From Tetramitus jugosus (Eukaryota > Protista > Heterolobosea), in NCBI GenBank assembly GCA_937625935.1, contig OW569381.1:1-64000 (forward strand): a DNA stretch of 64,000 nucleotides, in the 5' to 3' direction. The position numbers were made by a program, and so were the translations under genes. Below the pieces are notes generated by a model. That model worked only from the letters and a program-made list of their open reading frames with translations, had not been told where the DNA came from and ran no database searches. Below, piece by piece: positions 9,980 to 20,285 of this stretch. Each line of letters starts with the position of its first letter. Within the stretch, counting starts at the first letter, position 1.

Positions 9980-12037
9980 ATGGCTAGTCTAGCAACAGAT
10001 TTTTCATTCCGTGAAGTGTTGGCTCACAAGAAACTATTTATTCGAAGCTATCAAAGACCTTATGCCTGGGATGAGAAACAGTGGTCCGATCTGTGGAACG
10101 ATCTCTTTTACATGCACATTATCGATAGTGAAGAAGGTAAAAAACGGTTTATGGGCAATATTATTCTCAAGCCATTGGATGAAGAATTTCGATCATCATT
10201 GATCAACAAGTCCCAAGACAATGAAACAATCAATTTTTATGAAATTGTGGATGGTCAACAGAGAATTACAACAGTGTTGGTTCTGTTGAGTGTCATTAGC
10301 CATCAGTTGAAGGAGAAGAATGAAGTGGTGAGCACAAAGATTCAATCCATGTTTCAACTGCAGTTGAGAGGCTCTCAAAAGTACTATCCTCTGATTACGA
10401 CGACAAGAACTGATATTACAAAGTTGCTTCATTTGCTGTTAACAGTTGGAATTACGGGTAAGAAGAAGAAGGATACGATTGATGAATCGACGGTTCAATT
10501 GCCGTTGCTTGATGTGAGTGGATCTAGTGTCGTGTCTGATGATGACAATACAGATGTGTATGATATGAGTGATGAGTTTGTGCAGCGTTTGAGAGCTGAA
10601 TCTGAGAATAAGAGAAGTTTAGCTGCAAAGAACAGGTTATGTGCCGCCTATCGCTACTTTACATCAAAGATTAATGATATGCAAAATGAGTTGACAGATC
10701 ATACGAACACGCTGTTGGATTTTGACTCGCTCATTAGAGAGGGATTTCGATTCACGTGCTATATTCAGAGTGAAAAGGTGAATGTAATTGAAACGTTCAT
10801 GGGAATCAACGACAGAGGCAAGGTTTTAAACGCGCTCGAGAACACAAAAGCTCTCTTTATTGGTTTCGCGAGACGATTGGTCAATCATGAACTGAGAGAG
10901 AAGATTGAAAAAACTTGGGATTTTGTATATGATTCGCTCGCTGATGCAAGCTTGTTTGATGATAAAGAAGAAGTTGACTTCTTGTCTTGTGCTTGGACCG
11001 CCATGTTCATGGGATCCATCAAAACACAAAACTTGTTTGCTAGCATCAACACTGCCTTCTCGATGGAGCTGGATCATATAGTGAAGAGCAAGCAATCAAA
11101 ATCGAGTACTCCTTCCACTCCTGATCCTCCCACTAATGAGTTAACTGTCTTAATAGATAGCGATAGCGACACAGAAAGCGAGAGCGAGGCAGAGAGGCCT
11201 GCCAAACGAAGAAGAATTACAAAAGAGAGTAGTCCAAGAAGTTTAGAGTCCTTTGCTGAGTCTATACGAGGCTTTCTCAATTTCATGAAGCAAACAGTGC
11301 CTGTTTACAGTTGGCTGAAGGGCGAGGTTTCTCGTACAGCGTTGCTGTTTGGAGAAGAACATCCCGAAAAGCTCGAATACGTGTTGGAGTGTTTGAAGAT
11401 ATCTCCGTTCTTCGATAAGTCCATTCCGTTGATACTAGCTGCACATTTCAACTGTGTCATGTACGCTAGTTTCAAGTATAGAACGAAGGAATATGCCAAA
11501 TATTTTCTTCAATTTCTGGAGCTATTGAAGCTTCATCTGATGGTATGGAGTATTTCCCTGGAAACTGATGTTAGTCACTTGGATAACTATGCTACCATGC
11601 TTTTCCATGCAAAGAATGAAGAGAACAAGGATATATATTTAGATTGGGTCTATCTAGATATTGTTGATCGTTTTGAAGTTAAGAATGATAAGATCACACA
11701 GTTTGTTACTCAAAAATTTGATAAGCAAGCACAGAGGAGCAAAACAAGTAAGGCTCTAAAGCTAGTGGCGGTCGAATACAAAATTCAGGAAATGACTTCT
11801 GATAGTCACGAGAAACTTAAATTAATTAGAGAATTCGAAGCGAAGAAACTTGGTTACATTAACAAAGCGAGGGCTAGTCCTCATTATCACAGCATAGGCA
11901 ATCGATACATCATGGGAGAGGGTGTTCCAAAACAAAGTGTGCCAAAACGTGAAAAGGGTATTATTGAATTTCTCAAAGATCAGTTGAACTCTGTCATTCA
12001 CGGTGATGACGATGAAAACGTAGTTGAACAACCTTAA
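9980..12037 (+). CDS. DUF262 (GmrSD/SspE N-terminal, ParB-like) domain protein, bacterial type
   Basis: IRSYQRPYAW, FMGNIIL, EIVDGQQRITT and TFMGINDRGKVL motifs in the expected order; intronless; internal acidic/Ser tract plus PAKRRR. Confidence 0.9.
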   Translation: MASLATDFSFREVLAHKKLFIRSYQRPYAWDEKQWSDLWNDLFYMHIIDSEEGKKRFMGNIILKPLDEEFRSSLINKSQDNETINFYEIVDGQQRITTVLVLLSVISHQLKEKNEVVSTKIQSMFQLQLRGSQKYYPLITTTRTDITKLLHLLLTVGITGKKKKDTIDESTVQLPLLDVSGSSVVSDDDNTDVYDMSDEFVQRLRAESENKRSLAAKNRLCAAYRYFTSKINDMQNELTDHTNTLLDFDSLIREGFRFTCYIQSEKVNVIETFMGINDRGKVLNALENTKALFIGFARRLVNHELREKIEKTWDFVYDSLADASLFDDKEEVDFLSCAWTAMFMGSIKTQNLFASINTAFSMELDHIVKSKQSKSSTPSTPDPPTNELTVLIDSDSDTESESEAERPAKRRRITKESSPRSLESFAESIRGFLNFMKQTVPVYSWLKGEVSRTALLFGEEHPEKLEYVLECLKISPFFDKSIPLILAAHFNCVMYASFKYRTKEYAKYFLQFLELLKLHLMVWSISLETDVSHLDNYATMLFHAKNEENKDIYLDWVYLDIVDRFEVKNDKITQFVTQKFDKQAQRSKTSKALKLVAVEYKIQEMTSDSHEKLKLIREFEAKKLGYINKARASPHYHSIGNRYIMGEGVPKQSVPKREKGIIEFLKDQLNSVIHGDDDENVVEQP

Positions 12038-12308
12038 CTGTACATAAAAAGCATTTACTCAACATGTTTTGCGGTCCGATGTTGAACATGATTTTGTTGG
12101 GCACTTTGGTGCCGATTCATACAGCTCATCATTGTTGGTTGTTTGATCCTCGAAAGAAAACGATTCTTTCTCTCAAGTTGTTGAACTGAATGAACATGCA
12201 CTTTTTCCCACTGAAATTGCTTCTAATTCAGAATCAATATTTTTCCGAACGGTTTGATCGCATGCCTGAAATTTTCGAAGGCAAACATCATCCCCAGTAC
12301 CAAACAAA

Positions 12309-13244
12309 ATGAGAGCAGCACTTTTCGCAATTGTATTGTTGTTTATCCTCGGCCTGGTCTTTTCAAAGAAATTATCACTTATGCAAAGCGACAGCGTTGC
12401 AGAGCTCGATATCACTACGATGCAGATATCCAAAAATTATACATTTTGGAAAGACGAACCAAAGTGTGGTGGTTCAAGAGCTTGGGTATCTTTCACAGTT
12501 GATAGAACAAATGGTATTGCATACACTGCCACTTATTGTGAGAAGCGTACTTATATGACTGCTCTGGATCTGGTTAACAAGAGACTTTTGTATGTTGCAA
12601 ATACTACCTCTTTCATCAATGATCTCCACTATGATGACAAATCTGGCTCACTGTTGGAGATTACGCGACCAAGTCAAACCACACAGAATTATTTACTCCA
12701 ATCTGTGAATCCAGGAACACTTGAGCCAATCAAGATTTTGTTTAATCTGACCCGTTTTGGTGCAGTTCGAGTCAATTCAGCATGGAATGGAGCCACACTT
12801 GCATTCATTGCTGATTCATCATTGTTTCTATTGGATCCATATACTGGATCATCTGTATCCACATCTCTTGGTCGATTCAGCAATTCCATCTACAAGGTAC
12901 ATCTCAGAGGATCTAGTGAAGTCATTGCAGTAGTTCTGGATATATATCCATTAGTTGCTAACTATATTGGAGTTGCTCGTTGGAAAGTCAGTGACAGAGG
13001 GAGTCTGGATCTAATTGCCTACGATATTATTTTCATGAATGTGAAAAGACCTCTATCAATGGACTCAATTCTGAACGAAGCTGAGGACACATTTGTGATT
13101 ACCTGGTCTGATACAACTACTTCAGAAATGAAAGTGGGCTCTATTGTTTATAAGATCCCACAGGAAGGTTCTGAAGCTTCTTATAAGGTTTATGGACCAG
13201 TACCTGGTGGCTATGACCAAATCAGTTACTTGTTCTACCAATAA
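12309..13244 (+). CDS. Secreted hypothetical protein (beta-rich)
   Basis: Signal peptide MRAALFAIVLLFILGLVFS; 311 aa with N-glycosylation sequons. Confidence 0.75.
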   Translation: MRAALFAIVLLFILGLVFSKKLSLMQSDSVAELDITTMQISKNYTFWKDEPKCGGSRAWVSFTVDRTNGIAYTATYCEKRTYMTALDLVNKRLLYVANTTSFINDLHYDDKSGSLLEITRPSQTTQNYLLQSVNPGTLEPIKILFNLTRFGAVRVNSAWNGATLAFIADSSLFLLDPYTGSSVSTSLGRFSNSIYKVHLRGSSEVIAVVLDIYPLVANYIGVARWKVSDRGSLDLIAYDIIFMNVKRPLSMDSILNEAEDTFVITWSDTTTSEMKVGSIVYKIPQEGSEASYKVYGPVPGGYDQISYLFYQ

Positions 13245-13392
13245 ACTGTGTGATTCTGTGCCACCTCTTCACCTATCCACCTGCTTGCCATTGTCACACA
13301 GCACACTTCTAGTGATGGATTCACTTCTCTTTTGGGACTGCTTTCTCCGTTCAGGAATTCACTCAATTTTCCGACAAAGCGAAAAACCACAC

Positions 13393-15111
13393 ATGACCAG
13401 TGAAGAACCCAACGCCAAGAGAAGAAAAGTGAATCCATGCACTGAAACGTCAACAAACACATTTGATCAAGTTGTTATCTTTCAAGTTGTTCGCTTCTTA
13501 AACATTATTGACTTGACACGAGTCAATCTTGTGAACAAGACGTGGTACCATGTCAGTTCGAACGATTCCGTCTGGATTCCACTGTTGTTGCACAAGAGAA
13601 ATGCCACAACTAACATCTCTGCAACTCCAAATGAACATCGAGCCTATCAAATGTTCCAAACAGCTCCCAATTGGAGACATCATTTTCTGAACGAGACACT
13701 TTTTGAGCAATTTAGGCAAGATCCTCAAGTTATATACTCTTCCCTTCACATCTCCAAACATGTGATGCAACACTTGTTTGATCAAATGTGCAAGCATAGA
13801 ATGCAGCAACTTTGTCAACAAGATGAAACTGTGAATCACTCTGAGCTTGAACAGTTGACAGAAGGAACCATATTTGGTGCATGTAGATGCAAGGAGATAG
13901 TGAGTGAATGCGATTCAATTGGCACGACTACTATTGATGAATATCAGGTCGTTTCCAATTTTTCATTTTTCAATCCTGGCAACTTTTGCTTGGTTTCTTT
14001 TGAATGCAAGGTACGAGTGATGAGCAATCAAGAGAACAGCCTCAAACGTCATCATATTTTTGATGTTGTTGTCACTGTACAAGATTTCAACTCTGAATGT
14101 GACCTCGAACCACTACGCGTCAACTTAATCTCCTTGGAAGGCTACAGTGACGAAGATGATGAGGATGATGAACTTGGAGATGGAATTATTGCAAGAAGAT
14201 ATGTTAATTGTGATTTACTGCTCAAGGTTAATAATGAACAGGCTGGACATATAGCTACAATGTTGGGCATCTCAGATGTGAACACTTTCTTGGCTACTGT
14301 TTTGGAATGTGTGGAAGGAAGACATTCTGTCGTTGTTGTGCCTTCAGAATATACTCTAGAGCAACTGATTGAAACAGAAAAAAGTGAATCTCTCGCTCAA
14401 TTGTACACCCATGTGAAGGCAATTCACAAAAGGAACGAATTAATTCATGATCTGAAAGAGGGTAAAGCGTTCTTCTACAAGCAAAATACTCCCTCTGTCT
14501 GGATGAAAGTTCAACACACAGAAGAAAAGAGAGTCGCCAGATATTGTGAATTGATGAAGCTTGCTGAGAATGTGACAAGAATCGATGAGAAGGGAGATGA
14601 AGCGGGAATTACAATCAGTGAGTATTTCAGTCTCTCAAGAACATGTACAATCAGTATCAAAAGTTTATCAACGTCAAGGATTCATAAACTCGTAATGAAC
14701 TCATGTTCATATGGAAATCTCGATTCAAATGAAGATGAAGGGGGTTCCATCGATTTCCACTTTGATGACTTCGAGCTTTGGGATGATGAATCCACACTTT
14801 TTGAAGAATCGAATAGATCATACCTCAAAAAAGAAGGCCTGAAACTAGCGATGAATCTTCTTGGATGTCAACACATAACTATGCTTGACTTTTGTGACTT
14901 TATATTTGCATGCACAGGTTGTGCAACCTGGTTCCAAAGAGTTGTCGTTGACGATGATGACGTGCCAAAATGCTTCTTCAATTTGGATGGTTTGATAATT
15001 TGGTCCGCATCAGCTCTACCACTCCACAAGTTAGAAGGGTGTGAGTTGTATGATCAACCTCTACGACCCCAAAGCCCATCATCAGAGGACTCTTCTGGGG
15101 ATGATACATAA
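13393..15111 (+). CDS. F-box protein
   Basis: NLS-like PNAKRRK, then DQVVIFQVVRFLNIIDLTRVNLVNKTW...SSNDSVW F-box pattern. Confidence 0.8.
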   Translation: MTSEEPNAKRRKVNPCTETSTNTFDQVVIFQVVRFLNIIDLTRVNLVNKTWYHVSSNDSVWIPLLLHKRNATTNISATPNEHRAYQMFQTAPNWRHHFLNETLFEQFRQDPQVIYSSLHISKHVMQHLFDQMCKHRMQQLCQQDETVNHSELEQLTEGTIFGACRCKEIVSECDSIGTTTIDEYQVVSNFSFFNPGNFCLVSFECKVRVMSNQENSLKRHHIFDVVVTVQDFNSECDLEPLRVNLISLEGYSDEDDEDDELGDGIIARRYVNCDLLLKVNNEQAGHIATMLGISDVNTFLATVLECVEGRHSVVVVPSEYTLEQLIETEKSESLAQLYTHVKAIHKRNELIHDLKEGKAFFYKQNTPSVWMKVQHTEEKRVARYCELMKLAENVTRIDEKGDEAGITISEYFSLSRTCTISIKSLSTSRIHKLVMNSCSYGNLDSNEDEGGSIDFHFDDFELWDDESTLFEESNRSYLKKEGLKLAMNLLGCQHITMLDFCDFIFACTGCATWFQRVVVDDDDVPKCFFNLDGLIIWSASALPLHKLEGCELYDQPLRPQSPSSEDSSGDDT

Positions 15112-15629
15112 GAAACCGAGCTCCGAGTTTTTAATGATGATGTAGTCATAATTTGAACTTGATCACAGTGGTCTATTTGAGTCAAAATTGTCACAATATC
15201 TTCCGAGTGAAAACTCCGGAAAATCCCTGATTGTAGAAGACAACGGTAGACGGTAGACCCTACAGTGTTCAACCATCATTGTGAGGAATGTGAACAATGA
15301 TCATTATCATTTACCACGAACCATCAATACTATTAATGAACAGGAAACACTTCGTTCGGAAGTCCGCATGACTAAACTCCACAAAGAACAAAGTCCTTTG
15401 TATTATTATCATAATTAACTACCCACTGGATCAGTACTTTCTCTAAAATTCCACTGGTATAACTTCAAATGGCTCGATATGTGGGAAGATTGGGTAGTTG
15501 TGGAAACTTTTGGCCAAAGATCTGTGTTGCTTATTTTTGGCCAAATCTGGAAACATCAAGTTCTCGGCTTCAAAAAGATGTTGTCAGACCGGTTTGTTGC
15601 CCCAAACACAAAATACAACACAATTAACT

Positions 15630-17027
15630 ATGAATTACACAACCTACATTTTAGCAATTGTTATTATACTTTTTCTGGCCTTCTCTACTCTTGATGCAAG
15701 AGTCAAGAATCTCCAGGGTGGAAGGAGAGTGGAAGTCACTTGTGGGACTGCAACTTGTCAAAATCCAACTGACCTATGCTGCGCAAACAATATTGTCGTG
15801 GGACAGTCGTTCGTGTGCTATAGTCCTACTACTCACGACTGCAAACCGGACTCTTTCAAGCCAGCCTTCAACAGTCTTTGTCCAAAAGGTAATTTCTTAG
15901 GATGCAACGGAACTTGCTATGACACAACTGCATACTTTTGTGACAGCACCGGAAAGGTCCAACAACTTACTGGTTTGTTCAAGCCAACTTCTCCATTGAA
16001 TGATCCAGCCATTATTTCTGCTTTGAATTCCCTTCAAAATAGTTGGGTGGCAGGAGCTAATCCTGGTTTCGCTGGAAAGACATTGAATGATGTGAAGGTG
16101 CTAGCTGGAACCTTCTTACCATCACCTCCGCCTGCAGTACGTAAAATACATGAAACAAAGCAGATCCAAGCGTGTCCAGCATGTCCACCAGGAGATCAAT
16201 GCTGTGCAAGTACTTGTTACAGCCCAGTAACTCATGTGTGCTTGGGTGGCTTCTTCCTCTGCCCAGTGGGTCACCAACGTTGTGGATTTGCTTGCTATCT
16301 ACCAACGGCATACGACTGCTGTAATGATATCCTCAAGCCAAAGGGTACTTGCCCAGGCATTCCCACCAGCTTCAATTCTCTCAACAAATGGCCAGGTTGT
16401 ATTAATCCAATTGGAGACCAAGGAGGATGTGGTTCATGTTGGGCATTCAGTGCCGCTCTGGTACTAGGTGATAGATACTGTATCAACAAGAACCTGGGAG
16501 CTGTTTTGTCATTATCTCCACAATACCAAGTCTCATGCGACACTGCAAACTCTGGTTGTGCTGGCGGTTTTCTGGACAAAACATGGAACTTCCTTACAAA
16601 CACAGGAGATCCTACTAGTACATGTGTCCCATACACTGGTACGAATGGAGTTTGCCCAACCAAATGCGCAAACAACTCCCCATTGGTGTTCTTCAAAGCA
16701 AAGAACGCATTCCAATTGAATGGAAATGATATCCCTTCAGTTCAGAACGAAATTCTGAATTTTGGACCCATCCAGGCAGCCTTCGCAGTGTACCAAGACT
16801 TTTTCTACTATACTTCCGGAGTTTACAAGTTCACTAGCGGTGCTTTCGTTGGAGGACATGCAGTTCGTCTAGTTGGCTGGGGAGTGCAATCGCCTAGTAA
16901 TCAAGCCTATTGGATCGTAGCTAACCAATGGGGAACAGGTTTTGGTATCAATGGATTCTTCTGGATCAGCAGAGGTAATAACGAAGTTGGATTTGAATCA
17001 AATTTGTGGAGAGCTCTTCCTGTGTAA
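15630..17027 (+). CDS. Cathepsin B-like papain-family cysteine protease with Cys-rich CBM52-like modules
   Basis: Signal peptide; DQGGCGSCWAFS, GGHAV and YWIVANQWG catalytic motifs; CxxxCYxP repeats before and after the propeptide. Confidence 0.95.
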   Translation: MNYTTYILAIVIILFLAFSTLDARVKNLQGGRRVEVTCGTATCQNPTDLCCANNIVVGQSFVCYSPTTHDCKPDSFKPAFNSLCPKGNFLGCNGTCYDTTAYFCDSTGKVQQLTGLFKPTSPLNDPAIISALNSLQNSWVAGANPGFAGKTLNDVKVLAGTFLPSPPPAVRKIHETKQIQACPACPPGDQCCASTCYSPVTHVCLGGFFLCPVGHQRCGFACYLPTAYDCCNDILKPKGTCPGIPTSFNSLNKWPGCINPIGDQGGCGSCWAFSAALVLGDRYCINKNLGAVLSLSPQYQVSCDTANSGCAGGFLDKTWNFLTNTGDPTSTCVPYTGTNGVCPTKCANNSPLVFFKAKNAFQLNGNDIPSVQNEILNFGPIQAAFAVYQDFFYYTSGVYKFTSGAFVGGHAVRLVGWGVQSPSNQAYWIVANQWGTGFGINGFFWISRGNNEVGFESNLWRALPV

Positions 17028-17663
17028 TAACTCTCAACTGAACAAATATGTAAATACAAAAATAAATCACCGTTTGGTTTTTGATCCTCGCGAAAAACGA
17101 AGATGGATTAACCATAGTAAAATGGCAATGAGACTACCCTTTATTTTGAAGGAGATGGCAAGGTTGGTTGTTGATACTTGCTTCTTGACTTTTGAATCTT
17201 GGACGACATTCTCCAATACTTGATCTTCATCCAATGATTGGCCTTGAAAAAAGATGAGAGTCGTGAGGTCAGGTACCGAACATCTAAAACACAAACAAAA
17301 CAACAGTGGCGGCATACCTTGAATGAGAAGAACACTATCATGTTAGAAACAACGGGGCTGGTCAAGTGCATGATGACTTGAATGAATGGATGAGTGAATG
17401 GAGAGTGTGGCATAGTACTGTTTGATAGACAAGTTTTTCAATATTGAGTTGATTGGTTTTGTTTTATCTGGTCCGAATATTCCCTGGTCAAGGATTCCGC
17501 GAATTAGCGGAGTAATGGTCTCTTCAAGGGTTCGCCCCGCACCCGATGAAAGGAAAAATCATCAACAACGTCCACCTCGCAGCAGCTTCGAAACAACCAA
17601 TCAGAAACCAACCAAACTCTCTCATTCTCATTTTCATACTCCTATCCTGGTACTTCCAAGAAT

Positions 17664-18845
17664 ATGCTGCAATCAGCAAGATTTTCCCTCGCGTCAAGAA
17701 CTCGTCTCTTCTCTGCCACAACCACACCTCGTGGCAACCAAGCAAGAACATTGGCTGTCCATTCTTTGTGTCGCAATAATGAGACACGTTTCCAAGCCAT
17801 GAAAAGACCTCTCTTTTCCCAAGGATCCTCCAGAAGTATTTGGTGGGCATTGCCTTCAAAAACCGTAGCTGATCAGACCAATCCACCAATCAACCTTGCT
17901 GGTACCAGTGTTGAAGCATCTGCACCCACGTACTCCACTCCATCCTTGCAGCAAACCACTCTCAATGTTCAACAATCCCAAATTACCTCTGACCATTCAT
18001 CTGGTGTTGTTTCGGCCTCCGTTACTGAATCAGTAGTTCAACAACACGACAGACCAGAGTTTGTGTATCCGTTGACGTTTGGAGAACCACATGAAATTAT
18101 TGCTGGAGGTCATGTTCCTGAATCTCTTCCTCACATTAACATTATTGAATCGCTCCTCGAGAGTTTGAATGGCTTGGGACTTCCCTGGTGGGGTGCAATC
18201 TCGGCTCTCACCATTGCTTTTCGATTGGTGGTAGTACCATTGAACATTTCACTCATCAGAAATTCAGCAAGACTCAACAGCGTGAGACAAAACCTCGAAT
18301 CTCAGGGTCAAATTATGTCTAGTACTGAGTCTTCCGAAGAGGAGAAAGTCCTGGCAGCCGACAAGTACAGTCAAATATTGAAGGAGAACAAGTGTCATCC
18401 CCTGTACAACATTGTGTCACCTCTAGTGATGGCTCCAATGTTTCTCTCCGTCTTTTTGGCTGTTGAAAGAATATGCTTGCATGATCCTGGTTGTAGAGGT
18501 ACTGGTGGTTTGCTATGGTTCCTCGATTTGAGCAGTATGGATCCAACCTTTATGCTCCCTGTTTTGAGTGCTGCTTCCTGGCTCTTGACTATCGAGTTGG
18601 GTGCTGCTGAGGCCAGAACTGAACTCATGAAGACTATTCGCTCGGTGATTCGTTTCAGTGCTGCTGTAATGGTCCCGGTCACTGCTGCACTTCCCTCAGG
18701 AGTGTTTGTCTACTGGATCACGTCCAATCTGTTCTCACTCGTTCAAATCTATGTGATGCAGAGAGCTCCTGTCAGAAGATTCTTCGGTATTCATCCAAGA
18801 ACCAGCGATCAGGTAGCTGCCTCCAACAAACCAGTCACTATGTAA
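17664..18845 (+). CDS. OXA1: Mitochondrial inner-membrane insertase Oxa1/YidC family
   Basis: Arg/Ser-rich presequence; GLPWWGAI..LTI.FR, GGLLWFLDLS..DP.F.LP, LPSGVFVYWITSNLFSLVQ. Confidence 0.9.
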   Translation: MLQSARFSLASRTRLFSATTTPRGNQARTLAVHSLCRNNETRFQAMKRPLFSQGSSRSIWWALPSKTVADQTNPPINLAGTSVEASAPTYSTPSLQQTTLNVQQSQITSDHSSGVVSASVTESVVQQHDRPEFVYPLTFGEPHEIIAGGHVPESLPHINIIESLLESLNGLGLPWWGAISALTIAFRLVVVPLNISLIRNSARLNSVRQNLESQGQIMSSTESSEEEKVLAADKYSQILKENKCHPLYNIVSPLVMAPMFLSVFLAVERICLHDPGCRGTGGLLWFLDLSSMDPTFMLPVLSAASWLLTIELGAAEARTELMKTIRSVIRFSAAVMVPVTAALPSGVFVYWITSNLFSLVQIYVMQRAPVRRFFGIHPRTSDQVAASNKPVTM

Positions 18846-18983
18846 CTGCAACGAGGAATGAGTGTTTAGTGTTCAAGTCGAGTTGTGTCGAATAAATGAA
18901 AATATTTTGTTTTATTTGGAATGTGCCTTGCGTCGATTGTCCCATCCACTTCAAGATAAGGTTGCTCAGATCATCAAGCAATG

Positions 18984-20035
18984 TCAGTGCCCGATTCCTT
19001 GTGATGTTGGCAAGCCTACTGCAAGTTTCACACTATCGTAAATCAAAAACATACCGGCGCTTAAGACACTCACCATGACAGCTCGAGTACCAGCACCCAA
19101 CCATACTCCCTTGAAACCCAATTCCTTGGTGATGCCCAAAATGGTTTTCTGCTGTTGAGAACCAGAGTTCATATTGATTCGGGACAGAATAGTATCAGCT
19201 GGATGAGAGGCATACGAACTAGCAACACCAGCCACTACACCACAAGCTACTGATGTTAACAATTGCTGCTCAGGAGTCAGTTGATCCTTTGTTCGATCAA
19301 AATACTTTGGCAACAGAGAGGCATACACAAAATCGACACACTTTGAAAACACAGTCAATTGTGTGACTGTGTATGGAATCTGCTTAGCCAGAATAGGTCC
19401 CAACCCCTTGTAGAACCCTCTTAGTCCTTCTTGAGAGTGGACCAAGCTCAATGAACGTATCATTCCTAGCTTAGCATACACATCAGGTTGACCGACCATT
19501 CGAATTCTCAATGCTTCCCAAGGGCAGAGTGCTGTGGTGGCCAAGAATTCAGCTAAGCAACTCGATGCTGCATAAATGGGTAAGTTGTATTTTTTGGCTG
19601 TATCAACACCAAGTGTCTGCACCGCTTGATTTTTGAACAGCTCAAACATGCCAAACTTGATTGCTCCCTGGATTGAATATCCGACAAAGGTTGGACCAAG
19701 ACCAAGAAACAAAGAACGAATACCCTCTTGTTTAGGGATCTTTACAAAAGCATCGAATACACCCTTGTACTCCTTGGAGATTTGTAAACGTGTCCTTGAA
19801 TAAAAGCATTTTGCCAAATGAACAGTAGGAGTGAGTCTCTTTGCAATCAGACAACTTCACAACATGAAAAACTTCAACAATGATAGACTTACTTGATGAC
19901 GTCGAGCGGTACGAGCACTGTATGAGTTAATTGGCAGCATGTCCCTCCTGCAACAGCATAACGAGCATAGAGTGAAGCGTCGTTGTCTGTCTTGTTTGAA
20001 TCCTTACTTTGTACAATGTTGGTTTGTTCACTCAT
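18984..20035 (-). CDS. Mitochondrial phosphate carrier (2 exons; intron 19795-19892)
   Basis: GGTCCQLTH..LVPLDVIK|TRLQ, GYSIQGAIKFG, LCPWEALRIR, KQIPYT, SHPADT; the GT..AG intron restores the frame. Confidence 0.92.
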
Positions 20036-20285
20036 ACCTTGCTTCTGTTCAATGATTATCCCTCTCAATATAAAATGGAAGACGTTGTTGTTTGTTTGGT
20101 TGATGGAGAAATTCAGCAAAGCAGGATGGATTTGGACGGTCTCTTGAAGAGTCCACCCAAAAAGGCGATGTCCTTAAAGCGAGAATCGCGCATCCGAAGA
20201 ATCTCTGTCAACGTGTGCGATCTAATAGCTTTGTGTGCGAGAAAGAACATTGAATGGTCCTGTTGTTGTTTGGGTGGAAGGAATT

